From positions 1,784 through 65,783 of the forward strand of contig CAIYGI010000112.1 of NCBI GenBank assembly GCA_903925685.1: a stretch of 64,000 nt of DNA, written 5' to 3'. The DNA is from an uncultured bacterium (GTDB lineage: Bacteria > Verrucomicrobiota > Kiritimatiellia > CAIKKV01 > CAIYGI01). Positions 36,635 to 46,249 of this stretch are shown here, one piece after another; the stretch's first letter is position 1; the number at the start of each line of letters is the position of its first letter. Under the pieces are notes generated by a model. It searched no databases and was not told the origin of the DNA. It saw only the letters and a program-made list of their open reading frames with translations. The position numbers and the translations under genes are program-made.

Positions 36635-37390
36635 ATGAGCCGCATCCGCATACTGGTCGCCGAGGATGACCGTCATATCCGGCAGGGACTGCTCGACACG
36701 CTCGACGGCGAGGGTTACGAGGCGCTGGGCGCGGCGGATGGGGACGAGGCGCTGCGGCTCTTCCAGACGCAGCGGGCCGACCTGGTGCTGCTGGACATCA
36801 TGATGCCCGGCCGCAGCGGCTTCGATGTCTGCCGCGAAATCCGCCGCCGCGACACGCACACGCCGATTCTGATGCTGACCGCCAAGAACGAGGAGATCGA
36901 CAAGGTGCTCGGCCTCCAACTCGGCGCCGACGATTACCTCACCAAGCCCTTCGGCGTCCACGAGCTGCTGGCGCGCGTCGCGGCGCTGCTGCGCCGCTGC
37001 CGGCGCGGTGACGCGGCGGCGGCGGATGGCGGCGCCAAAGCTGACAAACTGCCGGATGTCTTAACGATGGGCGCCGCCGAAATACACCGCAAAACCTACA
37101 CGATCCGGCGCGGCCGCCAGACGGCCTCCGTCACGGCCCAGGAAATGCGGGTCATCGAAGCGCTGGCGCGCCATCCCGACGAAGTGCTCAGTCGCGACCG
37201 CCTGCTGAATGAAGCCTGGGGCGTGGACTACGCCGGCACAACGCGCACGCTCGATCAGCACATCGCGCAGTTGCGCAAAAAAATCGAGTCCGACCCCGCC
37301 GATCCGCGGATCATTGTCACCGTGCATGGCGTGGGATACATTTACCGTTTGACGACTGTTGGCCATGCGCCGCGAATGCATCCGGAGTGA
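36635..37390 (+). CDS. OmpR-family response regulator (receiver + winged helix)
   Basis: MSRIRILVAEDD...DLVLLDIMMPGRSGFDVCREIR...TPILMLTAKNEE...LGADDYLTKPF, and the C-terminal wHTH ends IIVTVHGVGYIYRL. No histidine kinase is adjacent. Its 3' end carries one copy of the 41-bp repeat that flanks the inserted TA cassette. Confidence 0.85.
   Translation: MSRIRILVAEDDRHIRQGLLDTLDGEGYEALGAADGDEALRLFQTQRADLVLLDIMMPGRSGFDVCREIRRRDTHTPILMLTAKNEEIDKVLGLQLGADDYLTKPFGVHELLARVAALLRRCRRGDAAAADGGAKADKLPDVLTMGAAEIHRKTYTIRRGRQTASVTAQEMRVIEALARHPDEVLSRDRLLNEAWGVDYAGTTRTLDQHIAQLRKKIESDPADPRIIVTVHGVGYIYRLTTVGHAPRMHPE
37307..37347. repeat. left copy of a 41-bp imperfect direct repeat flanking the AbiEii cassette
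   Basis: cggatcattgtcaccgtgcatggcgtgggatacatttaccg (encodes RIIVTVHGVGYIYR of the response regulator). Confidence 0.8.
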
Positions 37391-38157
37391 AAAACCAGCA
37401 ACCCGGCGGCCAACGCAGACGGGATGGTTTCGACGGTTCCAGTGAACAGACGACCAGCCGCATCCAGAACGCAACATCCGATGGCATCTTCCGGCAACAC
37501 GGCAACCGTGCTCTCCGCATCGTTTAACAATATCCGCCATTTCGCGCCCAGCGCAACCGGATCGGGCGCAGTTCCGTCAAAGGCCAGCGTTTCGATTTCC
37601 TCGCGCGAATAGTGGGCGGAGCGTCTGGCTTGCTCCAAAATGAAAGCCGGGGTCAACCCCGGATCCTTGCCGCACGCCGCCCAGACCAAGAAACCGAACG
37701 GCTGCAATTTTTCGTGGCAGGTGATCGCATCGATCCAATCCCGGACCTCAACACGCCCGACCAGCGCCAGCACTTTGTTGGTGGCCAAATCGAACGGGTG
37801 CAGGGCCAATCCGAAGTCAGGGTGTTCAATCAGAGGAAAAAAACGATACGCGCTGTCCTGCACCCACTGGAGCAATACCCCGTCACGTCCTCTGGTAATT
37901 TCCGCCTCCACAAAGGTGGCGTATTCCCTCATCGCATTGACCTCAAACCCGTTTCTCTCAAGGGTGATCCGGTCGGCCCTCCAAGCCGCAAGCAACGCAT
38001 CCTTGGTATCGTGGAATAAATCGACATCGTACGACCGTCGCGCCGCCGTCAGCAATTCGTTGAGTGCCGCCCCGCCGGCGACGTACTGCTCCCCGCGCGC
38101 CATGCGCTCGTTCGCCAAAGTTCTGCAAACCGCTCTCTGGTATTCGGTTAGAGACAT
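37342..38157 (-). CDS. nucleotidyltransferase toxin, AbiEii/MenT (DUF1814) family
   Basis: 271 aa. The N-terminus QYVAGGAALNELLTAARRSYDVDLFHD matches the DUF1814 GG...S.D[LI]DF motif. The gene overlaps the response-regulator 3' end convergently. Confidence 0.7.
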   Translation of the reverse strand: MSLTEYQRAVCRTLANERMARGEQYVAGGAALNELLTAARRSYDVDLFHDTKDALLAAWRADRITLERNGFEVNAMREYATFVEAEITRGRDGVLLQWVQDSAYRFFPLIEHPDFGLALHPFDLATNKVLALVGRVEVRDWIDAITCHEKLQPFGFLVWAACGKDPGLTPAFILEQARRSAHYSREEIETLAFDGTAPDPVALGAKWRILLNDAESTVAVLPEDAIGCCVLDAAGRLFTGTVETIPSALAAGLLVFHSGCIRGAWPTVVKR

Positions 38158-38417
38158 TTCATCAACTTCCTGACCGTCACATAGGTTTGCCGGTCCCCGT
38201 GCTTCTCAAGCAACTTGGCGCAACGGATCAAGTCATCGTCGGTCCGCGGAACGAAGTCCTGCCGCAGAAACCATCCGCAAAACAAACGGTTCCTCGCCCA
38301 CAATTTGCTGACTTGTTCACGCATGACCGGTGTGAGTTCCATGTCATAACCTCTTTCAAAGCCGATTCTACCTAATCGCCATTCGCTTGTCAGCATCGGA
38401 TCATTGTCACCATGCAT
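38148..38417 (-). CDS. small protein upstream of AbiEii-like toxin, putative cognate antitoxin
   Basis: An 89-aa ORF overlapping the toxin start by 10 nt. Its first seven codons (MHGDNDP) are encoded by the reverse complement of the duplicated response-regulator 3' end, so the real start may be the internal Met (MLTSEWRL...). No confident family call. Confidence 0.35.
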   Translation of the reverse strand: MHGDNDPMLTSEWRLGRIGFERGYDMELTPVMREQVSKLWARNRLFCGWFLRQDFVPRTDDDLIRCAKLLEKHGDRQTYVTVRKLMKCL

Positions 38418-38437
38418 GGCGTAGACTATATTTACCG
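38397..38437. repeat. right copy of the 41-bp imperfect direct repeat (a remnant second copy of the response-regulator 3' end)
   Basis: cggatcattgtcaccatgcatggcgtagactatatttaccg. In the response-regulator frame it reads RIIVTMHGVDYIYRKGSKR-stop, and the stop overlaps the ATG of the A2M gene. Confidence 0.8.
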
Positions 38438-38452
38438 AAAGGGGTCAAAGCG

Positions 38453-41400
38453 ATGAACACAACGAAACGTCTGGTAAAAACTCCGCGGATATATCCCATC
38501 GCGCCCGCCCTGGCGGCCTGCGCCGCGCTGTTATGCCTTTTGGCAGGCGTCCAGACGGCGGCGGCCAGCGTGGTTGAGTCGGAAACCGTGGCCGGCGATT
38601 ATGCCGGTCTCAAAGCGCAGGCCGAAGCGTATTACGCCCAACATTCCTACGCCCTGGCGCGCGATGCCTATCTGCTCGCCACCAATCTCGCTCCCTCCGC
38701 GCCCGAACGGCGTTGGACGTCCTTCCGCATCGCCGACACCCGCTGGCGCGCGCAGGCCGGCAGCAAGACCGCCGACGCCACGGCCTTCGAACAGGCGCAA
38801 CGCGAACTGGACGCCCTGGTGCGCGACGTGAGCCGGGTCGAGGACCGCGACCGCGTCTGGGCCGAGGCTCAGGAATCGCTGGGCGATTTTTCCTGGACCC
38901 GCCGCGATGGACGCGACTGGAATGCGGCCTGGCCGCGCTATGCGCAGGCGCTCGACTGGCGGGCCGGACAGACGAACAGCGCCGCCAACCGCGCGCGCTA
39001 CCTGGAAATCGTCTGGAAAGCCGCCGATAACGGACAGGACGACCCTTACTATCGTTACGGCTGGCACGGCAACGCCGTTCCGACGCCCATCCTGGCGAAC
39101 GCGGTAAAAGTGGCCCAGGACGAGACCGCCCGCGCCCATGCGCACTATTTGATTGCCATGCAGTTCATGCGCGGCAGCGACAACGACCAGCGCGCGCGGG
39201 TGCCGGATGAATTGGCAGCCGCCCAGACGCCGGGCAAAAGCTGTCCTTGGTACGACGATGCGCTCTTCCATGAAGCCGAGTGGCTGGAAAACAACGGCCG
39301 CGTCACGCTCGACGACGACGGCAACTGGCAGCAGAAACCGGACTACGGTGGCGCCGTCAAACTCTACCGGCGACTGCTCAAGGAATTCGCCAAGGGTGAG
39401 TCGCGCTATGTTGAGGAGGCACGCGCGCATCTCGACAACCTCGTCAACCCGCGGTTAGGCGTAGCCGTCGGATCCGTCTTCCTGCCAGGCTCGGAGGTCC
39501 AGTTCCAGTTCAGCAGCCGCAATCTGCCCGACGTGCGCTTCAGCCTTCAGCATGTTGCGCTGCCCGAAGCCGTACGCTTCGCGGCCGGGGACAATTCGCT
39601 GCAGGAATGGACGCGCCATATTCCAACCGGCGGCGAGATCGTCACCAACTGGAGCCGCGCCACCAACGACAAGGGCGGGCACGTCCCGTTCAACGAAACC
39701 GTGCGCCTGGAAGCTCCGCTCGCGCCCGGCGCCTACCTGCTCGAAGCCCGCTCCGGCACCAACAGCGCGCGTGACGTAATCATCGTCAGCGATATCACGC
39801 TCGTGACAAAATGCAGCGGGCGGCAGATCGTGGTCTATGCCTGCGATGCGCTTTCCGGCGTTCCCGTGCCCAACCTGGCCCTGCGCTTGTGGATGCGTTA
39901 CACGCAGGAGCGGCAGTCGCGCTTCGAGTCGCGCGACGGGGTGACCGGCGAGGACGGCTTGGCGAAGTTCGACATCAGCCGCAACCGTGACAGCCGCGAC
40001 AATACATTCCTGATCCTCGCCCAGTCCGGCGACCGCCAGGCCTTCACCTTTGCAGGGAGTTCCTGGTATTCCCCCACCCCGGACGCCTGGAAACTCTACG
40101 CGTTCACCGACCGTCCCGCCTACCGGCCGGGCGACGAAGTGAAGTGGAAACTGATTGCCAGGCAAACCTCCCAGGAGGGCGCCTTCCTCACCCCCGCCAA
40201 TCAACCACTGCACTACCGCATCCACGATCCTCGCGGGCAGACCTTGCGGGAGGCGGACTTCACCACCTCATCCTTCGGCAGTTACTCCGGCAGTTTCACG
40301 ATGGCCTCCAATCAGCCGCTCGGCGAATACACGATCGAGTTCTGGACCGGCCCCGGCCAGGCCGCGCACATCGGCCAAGCCGCGCTTTTCCGCATGGAGG
40401 AGTATAAACTTCCCGAATTCCGCGTCACCGTCCGTACACCGGAGGAAAACGGCCGGCGGCGGACTTTCCGCCTGGGCGACACCGTATCGGCCGAGATCCA
40501 GTGCGAACTCTATGCCGGCGGTCCGGTGGCCAACGCCGCCTGCGAGGTGCTGGTTCGCCAGCGCCCCTTCTTCCGTTATTGGCGGCGTCCCCATGACTTC
40601 GACTGGTACTACGCCGACATGCAGCCGAATTTCAACCGCGGCTTCAACGAGGGCGCCATCGTGAAGCGCGAAACGCTGCGCACCGACGCCCAGGGGCGCG
40701 CGCAGATCGCCTTCGACACGCCTAGCGATGGCGGGCAGGATCTGGAGTACAGCTTCGAGGCGCGCGTCACCGACGCCTCGCGCCGCGAGATCGCCGGCGC
40801 CGGAGTCGTCCGCGTCACGCGCCAGCGTTACTACGCCAACCTTGAACCCGACCACCAGCTCTACCGTCCGCAGGACCGCGTGCGCATTAGCGTCAGCGCC
40901 GGCGACGCCAACGAACAAGCCGTGCAGGTCGCGGGCGTCATCAAGGTCCAGCGCAGCCGCTGGGTCGAGGTCTGGCGCTCGCCGGAGGGACGCGAGGTTA
41001 CCGGCACAGCCCTGCGCGATGCGCGGCGCGCCTGCGCAATCTTCCCCCCCACCCCGGCGCCCGGCAAACCGGGCTGGGCGCAACTGCGCTGCGGCTTCGA
41101 ATCGGAACCCGTGCTCGAACATCCGCTCAACCTCGACAGCCAGGGCAAGGCGGAGTGTACCTTCACGCCCGAGCGCGAGGGTTACTACCGCGTCAGCTGG
41201 CGCGGCAAACAAAAGGGCGAACCGGCGGTAAGCGCCGAGTGTACCGTCTGGGTCGCCACTGAGGCCAGCGCCGACCTGGGCTACCGCAAGGGCGGATTGC
41301 AGATCGTCGCCGACCGCGACACCTTCCGCGAAGGCCAGACGGCGCCGATCATGCTATCGGCCCCCAATGGCGGCTGCCACGTGCTTTTCACCGTCGAGAC

Positions 41401-44365
41401 CGACGAACTGCTCGACGTACAGGTCGTAAAAATGGACGGCGACGTAAAACTGCTGGCGCTGCCGATCCGCGCGCGGCATGTGCCGAACGTCGTGCTCAGC
41501 GCCGCGATGGTCGCCGATCGCGCGCTGTTGACCGATGAGTTGCCCATCGTCGTGCCGCCCGTGCGCAACTTCCTCAATGTAACCGTCGCCGCCGACAAGC
41601 CGCTCTATCAGCCCCGAGAGACCGGCACATTACGTGTCACGGCGCGCGATTGGAATGACCGCCCCGTCGCGGCGGAGGTGGCGCTCTCGCTTTTCGACGA
41701 GTCGGTCACCTATATTCAATCGGAATATGCCGGCGACATCCGGCAGTTCTTCTATGGCGACAAGCGCCCGCACAGCGTGCAAACCAGCAGCAGTTTTCAG
41801 CAACGGCCCTATCTCAAACTGGTGCGCGAGGAAGGGCGGCTGATAGACGTCCGCGAGCAGCGTGCGCACGCCGAACGGCAGTTCAATGATGGAGGAGTTG
41901 GCAACGAGCGAGAGCGGCGCGAAATCGACTCCGACGGTCCAATCAATGGCCGATTGGTTATGCGAGACAAGAAGAATGCGGTGAAAGGCGGGGAAAACTC
42001 AGCCGTCATTGTACGCTCTGACTTCCGCGCCACGGTACTGTGGCAGCCGGCGGTGCTGACCGATGCCAATGGCGAGGCCGTGGTCCCGATCGCCTTCCCC
42101 GACTCGCTGACTGCCTGGCGCGCCAGCGCCCGTGCCGTCACCAGCGGTCAGCAGTTTGGCAACACCAACCTGACCCTGCACACCAAGCTGCCGCTGGTCG
42201 CGCGTCTCCAGACGCCGCGCTTTTTGGTGGCGGGCGACGAGGTGACCATCTCCGCCGTCTTCAACAACCATACCGCTTTGCCCATCAAGGTGCTTCCCGA
42301 ACTCAAGGCCGCCGGCATCACCCTGCGCGGCTGGCTGCGCGGCGGCGAACTGCAGCGCGAGGCGCCGGACGCCGTCGATGTGCCGCCCGAAGGCGAGGCG
42401 CGCGTGGACTGGCGCGCCGCCGCCGAAACTACCGGCGAGGCGCGCCTGGAACTGCGCGCCCGCGCCGGCTCTTACAGCGACGGCATGAGCGCGTCATGTC
42501 CGGTGCTGGAGCATGGCGTTGAAACCACCATCACCCGCTCGGGCCGCGCACTGGGCGATGACGTGCGCCTGCGCTTCGATCTGCCCAAGGCCCGCCGTCC
42601 GAATTCCGCCACGCTGACGGTGCAGGTCACGCCGAGTCTCGCCGTGACGATGCTCGATGCGCTGCCCTATCTGTTGGACTACCCCTATGGCTGCGTCGAA
42701 CAGACCATGAGCCGCTTTCTGCCGGCGGTGATCGTCCGGAAAACGCTCGCCGATCTGGGGCTCAAGCCCGAGGCCGTGGCCGACCGCATCTTTGGCGGCA
42801 TCGAGGCGGCAACCGCGGACAAGACCCATCCGCAAGGCGCGCAAAACATGCAGCGGCTGTCGGCCATCGTCAGCGGCGGACTGACCCGTCTCTACGACTT
42901 CCAGCACGCCGATGGCGCGTGGGCCTGGTGGAAGGAAGGCGACAGCGACCGCTTCATGACCGCCTACGTGGTGTATGGTCTGGCGCTCGCCCGTCAGTCG
43001 GGTGTTGAGGTCAAACCCGGCGTCGCCGAACGCGGCGCGGCCTGGCTGGATAAGGAACTGGTGACGGAGGAGGCCAACCCGGACATGCAGGCATGGATGC
43101 TGCAAGCCCTGGGCGAATGGCAGTGCGCGAACGGCGCCAAAGAACCCAGCGCCTTCCAGAACAAGGCCCTGGATAACGTCTGGACCCAGCGCGACCGTCT
43201 CAACGGCTGCACCCGCGCCCTGGCGGCGCTGGCCGCCAAACGCTTCGGCCGCGCCGATCAGGCCCGCGTGTATGTGGATAATCTGCGCAACGGCATTCAG
43301 GTGGACGACCGGCCCGACCAGTCCATCGTACAAACAGGTGTGCCGCAGAGCAGCACCGGGCAAAGCTACGCCGTCACCGCCACCGCCCACTGGGGCGAGG
43401 ACGGCATAGCCTGGCGCTGGTCCGACGGCGGCGTCGAAGCCACCGCCAACGCCCTGCGCGCCTTGCTGGCGGTGGATCCAAAGCATCCGCTCGTCGCGCC
43501 GACCGTGCAGTGGCTCGTCAAAAACCGCCGCGGTGCGCAGTGGAGCAACACCCGCGACACGGCGCTGGTTGTGCTGGCGCTGAACGATTACCTGCGCGTC
43601 AGCGGCGAACTTGGCGCCAGCGAGTCCTACGAGCTGCGCGTCAACGGCCAGCGCGTGGCCGTGGAACAGATCACGCCCGAGACCGTGCTCAGCGCGCCGG
43701 GCCGTTTCGAGATCGCCCCCGGACTGCTGCGCGACGGCGCGAACGAGGTGCGCATCATGCGCACGGATGCGACCAATGGCGCGCTCTACGTCTCGGTCTG
43801 CGCCAAATTCTTCAGTCTGGAGGAGCCGATCCCGCCGGCGGCCAGCGAGCTTTTCCTGCAGCGCCACTATTACCGCTTCGTCGGCCATCCCAGTCTGCTT
43901 AAGGGCTGGGTCTACGAACGCCAACCGCTGCCCGACCAGGGCGCTGTAACGAGCGGCGAGCGGATTGAAACCGCGCTGACGCTGGAGGTCAAGAATAACG
44001 CCGAGTACCTGATCCTGGAGGATCTCAAGCCCGCCGGACTGGAAGCCGTGGCGCTGCGCAGCGGCGAGGCGCTTGACGCGCGCGAACTGACCAGGGACGG
44101 CGCCGCGCGGGCGCCCGACCGGCGCGAGGCCGGCGACTATACCGGCCGCACCCGCCGCGTGTATCAGGAACTGCGCGACCGTAAGCTGGCGATCTTCATC
44201 GACAAACTCCCGCAGGGCATCTGGGAATTAAGATGCGAAATGCGCGCCGAGACCCCCGGCCGCTTCCACGGCCTGCCCGCACTGGGCCAGGCCATGTATG
44301 TGCCGGAAATCCGCGCCCACACCGCGGAGCAGCGCATTACCGTGGAAGACCGCAGCGAGAAATAG
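38453..44365 (+). CDS. bacterial alpha-2-macroglobulin family protein (thioester-containing)
   Basis: 1970 aa with a signal peptide. It has the MG-domain architecture and the thioester motif YPYGCVEQTMSRF (CxEQ). The start was chosen at MNTTKRL (38453). Confidence 0.85.
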   Translation: MNTTKRLVKTPRIYPIAPALAACAALLCLLAGVQTAAASVVESETVAGDYAGLKAQAEAYYAQHSYALARDAYLLATNLAPSAPERRWTSFRIADTRWRAQAGSKTADATAFEQAQRELDALVRDVSRVEDRDRVWAEAQESLGDFSWTRRDGRDWNAAWPRYAQALDWRAGQTNSAANRARYLEIVWKAADNGQDDPYYRYGWHGNAVPTPILANAVKVAQDETARAHAHYLIAMQFMRGSDNDQRARVPDELAAAQTPGKSCPWYDDALFHEAEWLENNGRVTLDDDGNWQQKPDYGGAVKLYRRLLKEFAKGESRYVEEARAHLDNLVNPRLGVAVGSVFLPGSEVQFQFSSRNLPDVRFSLQHVALPEAVRFAAGDNSLQEWTRHIPTGGEIVTNWSRATNDKGGHVPFNETVRLEAPLAPGAYLLEARSGTNSARDVIIVSDITLVTKCSGRQIVVYACDALSGVPVPNLALRLWMRYTQERQSRFESRDGVTGEDGLAKFDISRNRDSRDNTFLILAQSGDRQAFTFAGSSWYSPTPDAWKLYAFTDRPAYRPGDEVKWKLIARQTSQEGAFLTPANQPLHYRIHDPRGQTLREADFTTSSFGSYSGSFTMASNQPLGEYTIEFWTGPGQAAHIGQAALFRMEEYKLPEFRVTVRTPEENGRRRTFRLGDTVSAEIQCELYAGGPVANAACEVLVRQRPFFRYWRRPHDFDWYYADMQPNFNRGFNEGAIVKRETLRTDAQGRAQIAFDTPSDGGQDLEYSFEARVTDASRREIAGAGVVRVTRQRYYANLEPDHQLYRPQDRVRISVSAGDANEQAVQVAGVIKVQRSRWVEVWRSPEGREVTGTALRDARRACAIFPPTPAPGKPGWAQLRCGFESEPVLEHPLNLDSQGKAECTFTPEREGYYRVSWRGKQKGEPAVSAECTVWVATEASADLGYRKGGLQIVADRDTFREGQTAPIMLSAPNGGCHVLFTVETDELLDVQVVKMDGDVKLLALPIRARHVPNVVLSAAMVADRALLTDELPIVVPPVRNFLNVTVAADKPLYQPRETGTLRVTARDWNDRPVAAEVALSLFDESVTYIQSEYAGDIRQFFYGDKRPHSVQTSSSFQQRPYLKLVREEGRLIDVREQRAHAERQFNDGGVGNERERREIDSDGPINGRLVMRDKKNAVKGGENSAVIVRSDFRATVLWQPAVLTDANGEAVVPIAFPDSLTAWRASARAVTSGQQFGNTNLTLHTKLPLVARLQTPRFLVAGDEVTISAVFNNHTALPIKVLPELKAAGITLRGWLRGGELQREAPDAVDVPPEGEARVDWRAAAETTGEARLELRARAGSYSDGMSASCPVLEHGVETTITRSGRALGDDVRLRFDLPKARRPNSATLTVQVTPSLAVTMLDALPYLLDYPYGCVEQTMSRFLPAVIVRKTLADLGLKPEAVADRIFGGIEAATADKTHPQGAQNMQRLSAIVSGGLTRLYDFQHADGAWAWWKEGDSDRFMTAYVVYGLALARQSGVEVKPGVAERGAAWLDKELVTEEANPDMQAWMLQALGEWQCANGAKEPSAFQNKALDNVWTQRDRLNGCTRALAALAAKRFGRADQARVYVDNLRNGIQVDDRPDQSIVQTGVPQSSTGQSYAVTATAHWGEDGIAWRWSDGGVEATANALRALLAVDPKHPLVAPTVQWLVKNRRGAQWSNTRDTALVVLALNDYLRVSGELGASESYELRVNGQRVAVEQITPETVLSAPGRFEIAPGLLRDGANEVRIMRTDATNGALYVSVCAKFFSLEEPIPPAASELFLQRHYYRFVGHPSLLKGWVYERQPLPDQGAVTSGERIETALTLEVKNNAEYLILEDLKPAGLEAVALRSGEALDARELTRDGAARAPDRREAGDYTGRTRRVYQELRDRKLAIFIDKLPQGIWELRCEMRAETPGRFHGLPALGQAMYVPEIRAHTAEQRITVEDRSEK

Positions 44366-44570
44366 ATTAAAACATGGAGCTTCGTCGAATATCGTTCCGA
44401 CGTTGCATCAGCGAACATTTCGCCTTACGCCCACGCGGCTCGCGAGAACGCTCGCCCTCCCAAAAAACGTCATCGAAGCTATTCGGGAGGGCGATCGTCC
44501 TCGCGAGCCGTGTGGGAAGCGGATGAAAAGGCGGTCCACGAATGGTCCCAGCCTCCGTAGGCGAGAATTG

Positions 44571-44744
44571 GGCGCATCTGCGAATCGGTATCTGCAGGTG
44601 GAAAGCAACGCAGAAGGCGCAGCGCGGATGTGGAGGGACGACCTCCGTGTCGTCCGTGAATCAGCCGGAGTGAGGAACGGACGGGACGGAGCCCGTCCCT
44701 CCAGAAGACAAGGCGCATCCGCAACGATTCGCAGATGCGCCCCG
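44571..44744 (+). repeat. copy 2 of the repeated structured intergenic element, here bounded by 18-bp terminal inverted repeats
   Basis: The left end is GGGCGCATCTGCGAATCG at 44571-44588. The right end is CGATTCGCAGATGCGCCC. Internal hairpins are GACGAC-CTCCGT-GTCGTC and GGGACGG-AGC-CCGTCCC. The core is about 90 % identical to copy 1 at 14101..14290(-). It sits in the A2M-pirin intergenic region. Confidence 0.7.
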
Positions 44745-44802
44745 AGGATTTGGGCACAGAATGGGGGCTTGACTGTTCGGGCAGGCGTTTGGGAAACTTT
44801 AT

Positions 44803-45677
44803 CCATGAGCGCATATCGTTCCATCAAAACCATTCTTGAGCGACGCCCAACCATGGAAGGCGCCGGGGTACGCCTCAAACGCGTATTCAGCAACAACGAA
44901 GTCGAGCTGCTGGACCCGTTTCTGTTGCTCGACGATTTCGGATCCGACAATCCAGCCGACTACGTCGCCGGCTTTCCCTGGCATCCGCATCGTGGCATCG
45001 AAACCGTGACCTACATGCTGGCCGGCGAGGTCGAGCATGGGGACAGCATGGGCAACAAGGGGGTGATCCGTTCCGGCGACATCCAGTGGATGACCGCAGG
45101 CAGCGGAATTATTCACCAGGAAATGCCCCAGGCCTACAAAGGCACGGCGCGCGGTTTCCAGCTCTGGGTCAACCTGCCGGCCAGTGACAAGATGATGGAT
45201 CCGCGCTACCGGGGTGTGACGAGCGACACCGTCGTCGAAGTCAGTCCGCAACCCGGCGTGAAGGTCAAGGTCGTTGCCGGCGCGCTGAACGGCGTCAAGG
45301 GACCGGTGCGCGATGTGATCGCCGATCCGGAGTATTTTGACGTCTCGCTACAGGCAAACACCGCCTTCGAACACGACACGCCGGCCGGGCATACAGTCTT
45401 CGCCTACGTCATCGGCGGCAGCGGCTGGCTGACGCGCGACAAGCAGGATGAATTGACCGACGGCCAACTCGCCCTGATGAACGACGGAGGAAAGATCAAG
45501 GCCACCGCGGGCGGCAACGGCATGCGCTTCCTGCTGGTCTCCGGCAAACCGTTAAAAGAACCCGTCGCGTGGTACGGTCCCATCGTCATGAACACCCAGG
45601 CCGAACTGGACACCGCGTTCGAGGAATTTAACAACGGGACCTTCATCAAGCATCGGCGTATACCCAATGCCAAATAG
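44803..45677 (+). CDS. pirin family protein
   Basis: The start is at the internal ATG 44803 (MSAYRSIKTILERRP...). HPHRGIETVTYML..GE..H.D..G is the pirin cupin motif. Confidence 0.85.
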
Positions 45678-46239
45678 ATGCGAATGGTGCGGCGCCGACC
45701 CTCTGTATATCGAGTATCACGACCGCGAATGGGGCCAGCCGGTTCACGATGACCGCCGCCTTTTTGAGTTTTTGATCCTGGAAGGCGCACAGGCGGGGCT
45801 GAGTTGGCTGACCATCCTCAGGAAACGCGAGAACTATCGCAAGGCCTTCCACGGCTTCGATCCGCAAAAGGTCGCCGCTTATTCGTCGCGGGATGTTCAG
45901 CGACTGCTGTCCGATCCCGGCATTGTGCGCAACCGCCTGAAGATCGGCTCCGCGATCGAAAATGCGCGGGGAGTGCTGAAGATCGTGGAACAATTTGGCT
46001 CTTTAGATGCCTTTATCTGGCGCTATGTCGAATTCAAGCCCATACAGAACGCCTGGCGCTCATTGGCCGAACTGCCCGCCGCGACCGACCTGTCCGACAA
46101 GATGAGCAAAGATCTGAAGCAACGCGGCTTCAACTTCGTCGGTTCGAAAATCTGCTATTCCTTCATGCAAGCCGTCGGCATGGTCAACGACCATGTGATT
46201 GGCTGCTTCAGGCATCGTGAAGTTGGGTACTGTATGTGA
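45667..46239 (+). CDS. tag: DNA-3-methyladenine glycosylase I
   Basis: 190 aa: RCEWCGADPLYIEYHDREWG, FEFLILEGAQAGLSW and C-terminal Cys/His, matching Tag. Confidence 0.9.
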   Translation: MPNRCEWCGADPLYIEYHDREWGQPVHDDRRLFEFLILEGAQAGLSWLTILRKRENYRKAFHGFDPQKVAAYSSRDVQRLLSDPGIVRNRLKIGSAIENARGVLKIVEQFGSLDAFIWRYVEFKPIQNAWRSLAELPAATDLSDKMSKDLKQRGFNFVGSKICYSFMQAVGMVNDHVIGCFRHREVGYCM

Positions 46240-46249
46240 AGCGAAGTAA

